Shown here piece by piece: positions 18,042-27,200 of a stretch of 64,000 nt of DNA. The notes below the pieces were generated by a model. That model had not been told where the DNA came from. It saw only the letters and a list, made by a program, of their open reading frames with translations, and searched no databases. The stretch's first letter is position 1; every line of letters starts with the position of its first letter. Made by a program: the position numbers and the translations under genes. Location of the stretch: the NCBI GenBank assembly GCA_963768175.1, contig CAVYGQ010000001.1, forward strand, positions 702,305-766,304. The letters run 5' to 3'. The stretch comes from Candidatus Doudnabacteria bacterium. GTDB lineage: Bacteria; Patescibacteriota; Doudnabacteria; UBA920.

Positions 18042-18218
18042 ATGTGCACTCCTTACGCATTGGAGCTGTACCTTACTGGCAAGACCGCCGAAGAGCTTGC
18101 CAAAATAACGGGCATCCCCGTTGAACACATCCAAGCCAGGCTAGATGCCGCCGAGCAGTATCTGGCACGGCAGGGCGCCGCAGACGCCCGAAAGGAGGCC
18201 GTATCGACAAGCTCCTGA
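18042..18218 (+). CDS. Small HTH DNA-binding protein (sigma70 region-4 / transposase-HTH-like)
   Basis: 58 aa MCTPYALELYLTGKTAEELAKITGIPVEHIQARLDAAEQYLARQ... Below the ORF-track size cutoff; found by reading the sequence. Same GC-rich islet. Confidence 0.35.
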   Translation: MCTPYALELYLTGKTAEELAKITGIPVEHIQARLDAAEQYLARQGAADARKEAVSTSS

Positions 18219-18223
18219 AACAA

Positions 18224-18260
18224 AAACCGGCGGCCGGAACCTGCATTCCCGGCCGCCACA
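18224..18260. terminator. Bidirectional hairpin terminator between the HTH ORF and the mutase gene
   Basis: ggcggccggaa...ttcccggccgcc, with U-runs on both strands. Confidence 0.55.
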
Positions 18261-18271
18261 CTCTTTTTAGA

Positions 18272-19678
18272 TTACTTTAATTTGTTGATGAGGTTTGTAA
18301 CCTCGTCAATTTTTTGTCTCAACAGCTCCTTGCTGTCTGCTTCCACATTCAAACGGAGCAAATTTTGCGTGTTAGAAACCCTTAAGTTAAACCGCCAGGA
18401 CGGATAATTAAAATCAAAACCGTCTACGTTGTCTATTTGCGCATTTTTGTAATGCTCTCTTACTTTGTCCAAAATATTCTCGTTTTCAAGTTCAAAATTT
18501 ATTTCCTCGCTAATGAAAAACTTCTCCCGCAAGGGTTTTAGGATTTCAGAGAAGGTTCTTGGCTTCAAATCACCCCCTCCTTTATCCTCCCCCGTCAAGG
18601 GGGAGGAAATGGAATTGCAGAATAATATTTCCAAAACCGCCAAAAACGGCATCAGGCCGTTATCCAAATAAAAATTATCCTTAAAATAATAGTGGCCCGA
18701 GGTTTCGCTGCCGAAGACCGCGCCTTCTTTCATCATCCGTTCCTTAATAAAGGAATGCCCGGCCTTGGCCATAACGGACTTCCCGTTGTTTTGTTCAACG
18801 ACATAGTCTATAACCCTGACCACGCGGGTGTCGTGCAAAATTTTCGCGCCCGGATATTTTTTTAAATAATACTCACTAAGCAGAGCATTGATATAAGCCG
18901 GAGTAACAAATTCGCCTTTTTCGTCAAAAAAGAAACAGCGATCCGCGTCCCCATCCCAGGCCACGCCCAAATCCGGCTTTAGCTCTTTTATGGCCGCGAT
19001 GGTTTCCGGCCGGTTGGAAGGCAGCAACGGGTCGGAAGGGCCTTTGGGAAAACTGCCGTCTAGATGGTCGTTTAAAACTTTTACAAACTTAATCGGCAAC
19101 AAAGTTTTTAATTTTTCTATGGCCGGATTGGCCATACCAAAATTGGCGTTAGCCACAATTTTTAACGGTTTGATTTTGCTGATATCAAAAGGTTCTAATA
19201 CGTGCTTATAATAATTATCATAAATCTCCTTTTTCTCCACGCTTCCTTTATCCCCACTGGCCACTGTCCACTGTCCACTAACCACTAAGTCCCGAATTTG
19301 ATATATACCACTGTCCCCGGAAATCGGTTTGCCTTTCTCCCGCACCATTTTTAAGCCTCCCCATTCCTTGGGATTATGACTGGCCGTAACTTGGATGCCG
19401 CCGTCTACATTTAGCGTGGCCGCGGCAAAATATAGCTGGTCAGTGGAAACCAAACCAATATCAATTACGTTTACTCCGGCATCGGTTAAGCCTTTAATAA
19501 CGGCTTCCGAAAACTCTTCACCGGTCAGGCGCATATCATGCCCCACAACCACAATTTTTGGACTTAAAAATTTTGCGTATGCTTGCGCTATCTTATAAAC
19601 CAAATCCGCGTTAATCTGCTCCGGATAAATCCCGCGGATGTCGTAAGCTTTAAATATTGAAGTATCTATTTTGTCCAT
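18272..19678 (-). CDS. Phosphoglucomutase/phosphomannomutase family protein
   Basis: 468 aa. Active-site TASHNP. Four-domain PGM/PMM layout. Contains an in-frame G/C palindromic insert at 18585-18607 and an in-frame short tandem repeat (ccactg)n at ~19225-19262. Confidence 0.85.
   Translation of the reverse strand: MDKIDTSIFKAYDIRGIYPEQINADLVYKIAQAYAKFLSPKIVVVGHDMRLTGEEFSEAVIKGLTDAGVNVIDIGLVSTDQLYFAAATLNVDGGIQVTASHNPKEWGGLKMVREKGKPISGDSGIYQIRDLVVSGQWTVASGDKGSVEKKEIYDNYYKHVLEPFDISKIKPLKIVANANFGMANPAIEKLKTLLPIKFVKVLNDHLDGSFPKGPSDPLLPSNRPETIAAIKELKPDLGVAWDGDADRCFFFDEKGEFVTPAYINALLSEYYLKKYPGAKILHDTRVVRVIDYVVEQNNGKSVMAKAGHSFIKERMMKEGAVFGSETSGHYYFKDNFYLDNGLMPFLAVLEILFCNSISSPLTGEDKGGGDLKPRTFSEILKPLREKFFISEEINFELENENILDKVREHYKNAQIDNVDGFDFNYPSWRFNLRVSNTQNLLRLNVEADSKELLRQKIDEVTNLINKLK
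18585..18607. repeat. G-run/C-run palindrome tcctcccccgtcaagggggagga, in frame within the mutase gene
   Basis: Perfect 9-bp arms. Encodes part of LTGEDKGGGDLKP. Confidence 0.6.
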
Positions 19679-19818
19679 AAGCTTATTTTAGCATAAAAAC
19701 AAGTTCTTGCTAAAAATTTTAACAAAAATAAAAACCCTTCTTAAGGGGTGAGGGGGCGGCAAATAGCATACCACCCCCCCCCAAGATGACTACTTTGAAC
19801 TGCCGGTCGCGGCAGCCC

Positions 19819-20073
19819 CTAGCATTCCTCAGCAGCGTCGATCGAAGCGGCTAGCGCCGCCTGCTCCCGAACCGAGCGAAACCTTCTGTTCTTTCTGCGG
19901 CTCAGTTTGGAGTCGCTATTGCCTTCTTTCTTCTTAGGAGCCATCTCCGAAAGCGCCAAGCCCAACGACCTGGCGACGCCTTCCCGCTGACTCCGCGGAA
20001 GCGGCTTGTAACGACGACCGTCTACTTTGCGACGCGAGATATCGCGCCGCGCAACCACAAAGAACGCTGCCAT
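19819..20073 (-). CDS. Hypothetical highly basic small protein (GC-rich)
   Basis: 84-aa ORF, Arg/Lys-rich. Region ~60% GC. Coding status uncertain. Confidence 0.2.
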   Translation of the reverse strand: MAAFFVVARRDISRRKVDGRRYKPLPRSQREGVARSLGLALSEMAPKKKEGNSDSKLSRRKNRRFRSVREQAALAASIDAAEEC

Positions 20074-20235
20074 TTACTTTTCCCTCCTGGGATAACATCA
20101 GATAGCGGCACCTTAGTCATGCTGACACCGCTTCTTGGTTGCAATTATAGAGATTTACTAAAACTTCGTCAAACCCTTGGCTAAAACTGGTATTTCTTAT
20201 AAAATGAAGTAGTTATTAGTTATTAATTATATGTT

Positions 20236-21333
20236 ATGAGTTTTCAGATAGGTATCGTTGGTTTACCAAATGTAGGCAAATCAACATTATTTAACGCCAT
20301 TACCAAAAGCAAAGTTGAGGCGGCAAATTACCCGTTTGCCACCATTAACCCTAACGTGGGCGTGGTGGCTGTGCCCGATGAGCGGCTGGCCAAGCTGGCA
20401 GTTTTGGAAAAGAGTGAAAAAATTGTACCCACGGCCATTGAATTTGTGGATATTGCCGGGCTGGTTAAAGGCGCCAGTAAAGGCGAAGGTTTGGGCAACC
20501 AATTTTTAAGCCACATCCGCGAAGTAAACGCCATTCTGGAAGTGGTACGGTTTTTTGTGGACGATGACATTATCCACGTCCAGGGCAACGTTGACCCAAA
20601 GCGCGATATGGAAACCGTTGCCATTGAACTGCAATTGGCCGATCTTCAAAACGTGGAAAACCGATTATCTAGTGTTTCCCGCCAGGCCAAAAGTGGCGAG
20701 CGCGAGGCAATTATCAAAAAGGCTGTTTTGGAAAAATACAAAACGGCGCTGGAAGCCGGAGCCATGGCCAACACCGTGCATTTAACGGACGAAGAAAAAG
20801 AGCACAGCAAGGATATCCAGCTGCTTACTACGAAACCAATACTTTTTGTGGCTAACGATAAATTTGATTTAAATAAAAAGGAGTTTACTCAATCCCCAGA
20901 TGACCGTCATCTGGATGACGGTCATCTGGGGCAAAAAATGATCCAAATTGACGCCCAATTGGAATCCGAGCTCGCCGAACTTTCCGACGCCGAGCGCGTG
21001 GAGTATTTAAAAGAATTGGGCTTGCCCGAGTCGGGCCTGGATAAAATCATTAAGCAGGCTTACAAAACTTTAGGGCTGATTACTTTTATAACCGCCGGGC
21101 CAAAAGAAAGCAAGGCCTGGACTTGCCCCAAAGGCACCAAAGCGCCGCAGGCAGCGGGTATTATCCATACCGATTTTGAAAAAGGGTTTATCCGCGCGGA
21201 GGTAATCCAATGGGACAAATTATTGGAAGCCGGTGGCTATGTCCAGGCGCGGGACAAAGGCTGGCTAAGGGTGGAAGGCAAAGAATACGTAATTGCAGAT
21301 GGGGATGTGGTTCATTTTAGGTTTGCCAATTAG
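20236..21333 (+). CDS. ychF: Ribosome-binding ATPase YchF (Obg-family GTPase)
   Basis: GLPNVGKSTLFNA, C-terminal TGS domain. Contains an in-frame tandem palindrome at 20893-20930. Confidence 0.9.
   Translation: MSFQIGIVGLPNVGKSTLFNAITKSKVEAANYPFATINPNVGVVAVPDERLAKLAVLEKSEKIVPTAIEFVDIAGLVKGASKGEGLGNQFLSHIREVNAILEVVRFFVDDDIIHVQGNVDPKRDMETVAIELQLADLQNVENRLSSVSRQAKSGEREAIIKKAVLEKYKTALEAGAMANTVHLTDEEKEHSKDIQLLTTKPILFVANDKFDLNKKEFTQSPDDRHLDDGHLGQKMIQIDAQLESELAELSDAERVEYLKELGLPESGLDKIIKQAYKTLGLITFITAGPKESKAWTCPKGTKAPQAAGIIHTDFEKGFIRAEVIQWDKLLEAGGYVQARDKGWLRVEGKEYVIADGDVVHFRFAN
20893..20930. repeat. Tandem perfect palindromes ccccagatgaccgtcatctgg / atgacggtcatctgggg, in frame within ychF
   Basis: Encodes SPDDRHLDDGHLG. 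Confidence 0.65.
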
Positions 21334-21493
21334 ATATTCCGGAAAAAAGACAAAATAAAAGCGCTGACCAACATCAGTCGCTTGGGTACTGCAAAGCGTC
21401 ACACGTTTCGCTGTCACATTCAGCCAGCCCGTGCTAAGGCTGTGACAATTACAAAAATCCTCTATCAAACCCACACTTCAGAATGTCAATCAA

Positions 21494-21850
21494 TCACCCC
21501 AACAATTTAATCAAACTCCTGACCACCTCGGCTCCTGCCCGGGTATTGGCATTGTGGGAAAGCCAATACATAATCGTCACCACCACCGCATCCTGTGACA
21601 GATACGTATAGTGTTCCAATTCACGTTTGCCGCCATCATCGTCGTTGGCATGCACAAACATGGTATAATGGATTAGCCCGTCTTGTTCCCAATGGGAAAT
21701 CACCAGGAGTAACTGGTCTCCAAAACTCACCGGGTGGAAGATACGGACTACGAGCCGATTAAAATCATCAAGCCCGGCCCTTGGAGTTTCTTGTCCTGAA
21801 ACGCTTTCCACCGCCTTCACGATGGATTCAAAAAATTCTCTGCTCTGCAT
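21494..21850 (-). CDS. Hypothetical protein
   Basis: 118-aa ORF with good coding look. No family recognised. Confidence 0.4.
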   Translation of the reverse strand: MQSREFFESIVKAVESVSGQETPRAGLDDFNRLVVRIFHPVSFGDQLLLVISHWEQDGLIHYTMFVHANDDDGGKRELEHYTYLSQDAVVVTIMYWLSHNANTRAGAEVVRSLIKLLG

Positions 21851-22034
21851 TTGATTAGCCCTCCTTGGCCAATATCAGTGCTTGATGGTTGATGGCACTG
21901 ATTTGTTATTATATCATTTTTTTATATTCCTGTCAATCTCGACAAAAACCCCAGCTAATGCTATACTTTTGAAACAATTTAATAACTAATTTACCCCGTA
22001 GAAATACGTAACATACTCTACCGGGGTCATATTC

Positions 22035-22074
22035 CCCCGGCTAAAGATCGGGGGATAGAAACACTGTTTCTATG
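22035..22074 (+). promoter_or_regulatory. rpsF leader structure: hairpin tcccccgg..ccggggga followed by perfect palindrome ATAGAAACA-c-TGTTTCTAT overlapping the rpsF start codon
   Basis: The palindrome spans 22055-22073; ATG at 22072 lies in its 3' arm. Confidence 0.4.
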
Positions 22075-22554
22075 CCTCAATATGAGCTTATGTACCTGCT
22101 CGGCAGCCAGACGGCCGACGACGAGGTGCCCAAAATTTCCCAGGCAATTTTAAAATTTGCCGAAGACTTTGGGGCCACCGACGTTAAGGAAGCCCAGCTG
22201 GGTAAAAAAAAACTCGCCTACCCCATAGGCAAAACCCGCAACGGACATTATGTGGTGGTAAATTTTACTATGGACGGCAAAAACATTAACACCTTTGACG
22301 CCAAAATCCGCACCCAGGACCAGAGCATTATCCGCTACCTGATTGTAAATTTGGACGAGCATTTGGCCCGGATGGCCAAAGACAAAATTGTGCAATCCAA
22401 GATAGTCCGCAAAGGCCCGCCCGCGGAAGTCAGTGTGCTTACGCCCAAAGTCCAGGCCGCGGCCAAAAAAGAAACTCCGGTTTTGGTGGAAATTAACCAG
22501 GAAGAACTGGATAAAAAGATTGAAGAAGCGCTAAGCGAAGACCTTACTAAATAG
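22072..22554 (+). CDS. rpsF: 30S ribosomal protein S6
   Basis: MPQYELMYLL... S6-like N-terminal domain with a C-terminal extension. Confidence 0.8.
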   Translation: MPQYELMYLLGSQTADDEVPKISQAILKFAEDFGATDVKEAQLGKKKLAYPIGKTRNGHYVVVNFTMDGKNINTFDAKIRTQDQSIIRYLIVNLDEHLARMAKDKIVQSKIVRKGPPAEVSVLTPKVQAAAKKETPVLVEINQEELDKKIEEALSEDLTK

Positions 22555-22637
22555 GTTCTAGTTGCTAGTTGCGAGGTTCTAGAACCTTGAACCTAGCACC
22601 TCGTACCTTTTAAAATTTATAAGTAAATTTTAAACCT

Positions 22638-23132
22638 ATGGATTTAAACAAAGTTATGATAATCGGCCGCCTTACGCGCGACCCGGAACTGCGCACCATC
22701 CCTTCCGGCGCCAGCGTCTGCCAAATTGGGCTGGCCACCAATTATGTTTACAACAACCAAGCCACGGGACAAAAAGTGGAGCAGGTGGAATACCACAATG
22801 TGGTGCTGTGGCGAAAATTGGGGGAGATAGCGGCCCAATACTTAAAAAAAGGCCGCCGCGTCTACATTGAAGGCCGCCTGCAAACCCGCAGCTGGGACGG
22901 CAAAGACGGGCAAAAAAGAAGCCGCACGGAAATAATTGCCGAAAATATGATTATGCTGGACAGCGGCTCTGGCGCTGGATCATCCGCAAGCAGCAGTTCT
23001 TACCAAGCTTCCGCTCCGACCGCAAGGTCAACACAATCCCCCGCTGAAGATTTGAGCCAGCCCGCTCCTAAAGAAGAACTCCCCACTATCCAGCAAGACG
23101 AAGACGTTAATGTGGAGGATATACCATTTTAA
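22638..23132 (+). CDS. ssb: Single-stranded DNA-binding protein
   Basis: OB-fold N-terminus MDLNKVMIIGRLTRDPELR. Disordered tail ending DIPF. Confidence 0.9.
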   Translation: MDLNKVMIIGRLTRDPELRTIPSGASVCQIGLATNYVYNNQATGQKVEQVEYHNVVLWRKLGEIAAQYLKKGRRVYIEGRLQTRSWDGKDGQKRSRTEIIAENMIMLDSGSGAGSSASSSSYQASAPTARSTQSPAEDLSQPAPKEELPTIQQDEDVNVEDIPF

Positions 23133-23197
23133 ATGAACAAAAATAATAAAAATTAAATAAATGACAAAAACGGACTGCAGTAAATTTTTGCTCATTT

Positions 23198-23473
23198 TTG
23201 TCACTTTTGATCATTTTTTTAATTACTCCTATGCGCCCATCCAATAACAACAGAGACAGCCAACCACAGGTTAAAAAGCAGTGCTATTTTTGCTCTAACA
23301 AAATCAGCACTGTGGACTACAAAGACTCGCAAACCCTGCGCCGCTTTATGTCCCCGCACGCCAAAATTTTGAGCCACAACCGCACCGGCACCTGCCCCAA
23401 GCACCAGCGGATGGTGACAAAAGCGCTGAAACAGGCCAGGCATATGGCATTACTACCCTTTGTAGCGGCTTAA
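23198..23473 (+). CDS. rpsR: 30S ribosomal protein S18
   Basis: CYFC...RRFMSPHAKILSHNRTGTCPKHQRMVTKALKQARHMALLPF. Confidence 0.85.
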   Translation: MSLLIIFLITPMRPSNNNRDSQPQVKKQCYFCSNKISTVDYKDSQTLRRFMSPHAKILSHNRTGTCPKHQRMVTKALKQARHMALLPFVAA

Positions 23474-23577
23474 GGATAATGACAAAAATTAAAAAAATGA
23501 CAAAATTGACAAAAATACACTGCAACCCTTATTTTTGTCATTTATGTCATTTTTGCTCATTTATTTAATTACTTCTT

Positions 23578-24138
23578 ATGGATTTAAACGATATGAAAAT
23601 CGGGACAATCATTCTCTGGGAAAAACAACCGGTGATGATTATTTGGAGCAACCGCATGCGCACGGCCCAAAGAAAACCCGTAATGCAAACCAAAATGCGC
23701 AACGTGATTACCGGCAAAGTTTACGAGTACTCCTTTAAATTTGGCGAAAGCATAGAGGAAGCCGATGTTACCCGCGAAAAGGCCAACTTTTTGTATGCCG
23801 ACACACAAGGCACCCACTTTATGAATAACGAGACTTTTGAGACCGTGGATATTGCCAAAGAAGTGACTGAGAGCCAGGAAAAATTTTTGAAAGAAGGAAT
23901 GGAAGTCAGCATTTTGCGCTTTAACAACAAACCCGTATCTATTGAACTGCCGATAAAAATCAAACTCAAAGTAACCGAAGCTCCGCCTTCTACCGTCGGT
24001 AACAGCGGCGGCAATGTTACCAAACCTGTCACCCTTGAAACCGGTCTGGTGGTTAACGCCCCGATGTTTATAAAAGAGGGTGACGTTGTCCGGGTAGACA
24101 CCCGCAGCGGCGAATACGTGGAACGCGCGACACAATAA
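23578..24138 (+). CDS. efp: Elongation factor P
   Basis: 186 aa, KOW-like N-terminus plus two OB domains. Typical EF-P length and motifs. Confidence 0.88.
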   Translation: MDLNDMKIGTIILWEKQPVMIIWSNRMRTAQRKPVMQTKMRNVITGKVYEYSFKFGESIEEADVTREKANFLYADTQGTHFMNNETFETVDIAKEVTESQEKFLKEGMEVSILRFNNKPVSIELPIKIKLKVTEAPPSTVGNSGGNVTKPVTLETGLVVNAPMFIKEGDVVRVDTRSGEYVERATQ

Positions 24139-24158
24139 AATATTGATTGGCGCAAATA

Positions 24159-24190
24159 ACCCCGCCTCTCTAAAGAGGCGGGGTTTTGCT
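24159..24190 (+). terminator. Rho-independent terminator after efp
   Basis: accccgcctctctaaagaggcggggttttgctttt. Confidence 0.7.
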
Positions 24191-24270
24191 TTTGGTTAAT
24201 CTTAGTTATTGCAATCTTGAATCGTTACAATCCATCACCAAAAAAATCGGCCTGCGCAGCAGTGCGTTTC

Positions 24271-27200
24271 TTATTGCGAAAAAAACTGGCACATCTGGCG
24301 GAGAGTTACCACACTCCCTTTTTGTAAATTCCCGTCAGCCGCGTTTGCCGGCACCACGCGGGAAAAATCATTGTCTATGTGCCACGAGTTATACACCGCC
24401 ACGGACGGATAGCCGTGCAGTAAAGTTCCGTCATACCAATAGACCGTACCTTTAAAATTGACATCCAGGCCGGCCATGTGAGCGGCACGCGGATTGGAGA
24501 TGATGCTACCGAGCGGCACCTGGTTAAGCTCCGGCGCCGTGATCACTAACACTGAAGTGAACTTAAAACCCAGGCCCAAAAACACGCTGGCCGAACTAAA
24601 GCCGTGCTTGGCGCCACCGGAAATTAAAAACACCGTGGGATCAGTCGGCGACTTAACCAAGGCGCCGTCATTAGGCAACAGCAGCGGACCGGCGGGCAAA
24701 GCTTGGAAAGCTGCGGTATCTAACACCGCATCTTTGAACTCGTAACCAAACGAGTACAGCATTCCGGGATTGGTAATGCCGCGGCGCACGTTATTCTGAA
24801 TTAGATAATAAGTACCGGCATCGTTAATCAGGCACATTTTAACATAAGAGTTAGCACCGGCTGTCAGCGAGCCAGCTCCGGCAATCGGCGTCGTTACACC
24901 AGCCGCGGACGACAAATAGCCGCCGGAACTGTTTTGCGAGAAAATGGCATATGAATAAACGGTACCGTTAACCAAGCCGGTATCCAGAAATGACTGGCCG
25001 ATACCGCTATATATTTGAGTTCCGTCGGTTACGCTGGTTGGAGCGGCAGAACCAACTTTGCGCACAATCACAGTCTGAACCCAACCGTAAGTAATGGAAG
25101 GATTAATCCAAGTCAGCAAGACCTGGCCGTCGCCGGGTTGAATAACAAGGTTGGTGATTGATGAACTCGCGGGGACACCACCCCCTCCGCCGCCGCCCCC
25201 TCCGCCGCCCCCTCCGCCGCCCCCTCCGCCGCCACTGAAGGCTTGAGTAGTGGCCGATGTAGACAAAGATTGAGCCGATTCATTACCGACATTGTCATAA
25301 GCGGAAACGGTGTAAGTGTAAGTGGTGGAAGGAGAAAGACTGGTATCGGAATATGAAATCTGGGCGGTTGAGGCAATCAACGAACCTCCCCGGTAAATTT
25401 TGTAGCCGGCCAGCCCGGAAGTTATGGCGCCGGAAACTGTCGGGTCTGTACTTGCGACCCATGAAAGGTTAATCTGGCTGGAAGACACCGCGGAGGAGGA
25501 TAAACTTGTTGGGATGGATGGCGCGGTAATGTCGGGATTGGCCTGGGTGGTGGCAAAAATGGCTGAACTTTTGGCGGAAATGTTTAAAGCCGCGTCAAAA
25601 GCGGCAACAGCATAGCCATAAGCGGTTTGCGTAGTTAAGCCCGTATCCCCATAACTGTTGGTAGTCGAAGTGGCAATTTGGACAGTGGGCACACAGGACG
25701 AACCTTGGCAGCGGAATACCTGGTAACCGGCCACGCCTACGTTATCCGTGGACGCGTTCCAAGTCAAATCGATTTCGGAACCGGAAACAACCGTAGCAAA
25801 AAGGCCGGTCGGCACGGTTGGAGATTGGCTGTCGGAGGTGGAGGTGGTCAACAAGGTATAATCCGAAGAAGTGGCGAGGTTACCGGCCAGGTCGTGCGAC
25901 CTGGCCCTAAAATGGTAAGTTGTATTGGCGGACAATCCGGTAAGCGAAACCGAGTGAGAAGTAACTAAAGTATTGTCTAAAGTAGTCTGGCTACCATAAG
26001 AAGCGGTCAAGCCATAGTCAGCCTGGGAATCCGCCAACTCGTTGGTGGTCCAGGTAATAGTTGCTGTTGATGCCGAGGTTGAGGATGCGACGCCGGTTAT
26101 GACGGGAGGGGTGTTATCCACGGTCAAAGTAGCGGTGGAGGGACTGGAGACATTGCCCGCAGCGTCAATTACATAAAGCTTGTAGGCGCCGGTTGTAACG
26201 GGAGCCAAAATACTGGTGGCCGTGCCGTTGGCCGCCATAGTCATGGTGGAACCGGCCGTAAAAGTAGTGGTGCCGGAAGGCGCAAACCAAACTTGGTTGC
26301 TAGCTGTACCGGAACTGACAATGGTCACGGCGGCGCCGCTTTGCTTACTGATGCTTTGGGCAAAGACCGTATTTTGATTATTCGGAGCGGTATTATCCAC
26401 GGTAAAGGTTGTGGAAGGGCCGGCGCTTGCCGCAGTGTTTCCCGCATTGTCCGAAGCCGTGCCGGCGGCAATGGTAATACCCAAAGTGCCATCGCCGGTT
26501 ATGGAAGAAATGGTGACTGTCCGCGTAGAATTACCGTTGCCTGACACGGCAACGGTTCCGTTGGCTGTACCAGTCTTGTTTAATGTAATATTACCGTTGG
26601 CTAAAGTTACCGTGTCAGCGCTAGTATACGTTACAGTAAAAGTCACTGGTCCAGATCTTGTTAAGGAAACTGATGGGGAACCAATAGATATGGTAGGGCC
26701 GGTATTATCCACGGTAAAGGTTGTGGAAGGGCCAGCGCTTGCCGCAGTGTTTCCCGCATTGTCCGAAGCCGTGCCGGCGGCAATGGTAATACCCAAAGTG
26801 CCATCGCCGGTTATGGAAGAAATGGTGACGGTTCTAGTGGAAGTGCCCGAGCCGGAAACCGCCACTGTACCGCTGGCCGTGCCAGTCTTATTTAGGGTAA
26901 TGTTTCCCGCCACAAGCGTCACGGTATCCGCTCCGGTGTATGTGACGGTATAACTAACCGGCCCGCTGGTGGCAGTGGCGACTGACGGGGAACCGATGGA
27001 CAAAGTGGGAGCGGTGTTATCCACGGTAAAAGTCGCGCCGGAAGTCGGGGCGGAAGTTACGGGATTACCGGCCAGATCCGTACCCACAGATAAGGCCACT
27101 GTGGCCGTACCATTACCAGAGCCGATGGTATATACATACGTATAAACGGTTGAAGAAGTCTTAGCCATATTGGTCGCGCCAACGGTGTTCGCGCCGGAAA

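Noticed and set aside
19740-20110. Possible ncRNA instead of the 84-aa basic ORF in the GC-rich patch after the mutase gene
   Set aside because: I cannot discriminate by eye. There are no flanking promoter/terminator signals as clear as at 15925-16250. Left as a low-confidence CDS.
26293-26953. Plus-strand ORFs with internally repeated peptide (EGPALAAVFPALSEAVPAAMVIPKVPSPVMEEMVTV x2)
   Set aside because: They are antisense reads of the 303-bp tandem repeat inside the minus-strand surface-protein gene, not independent genes.
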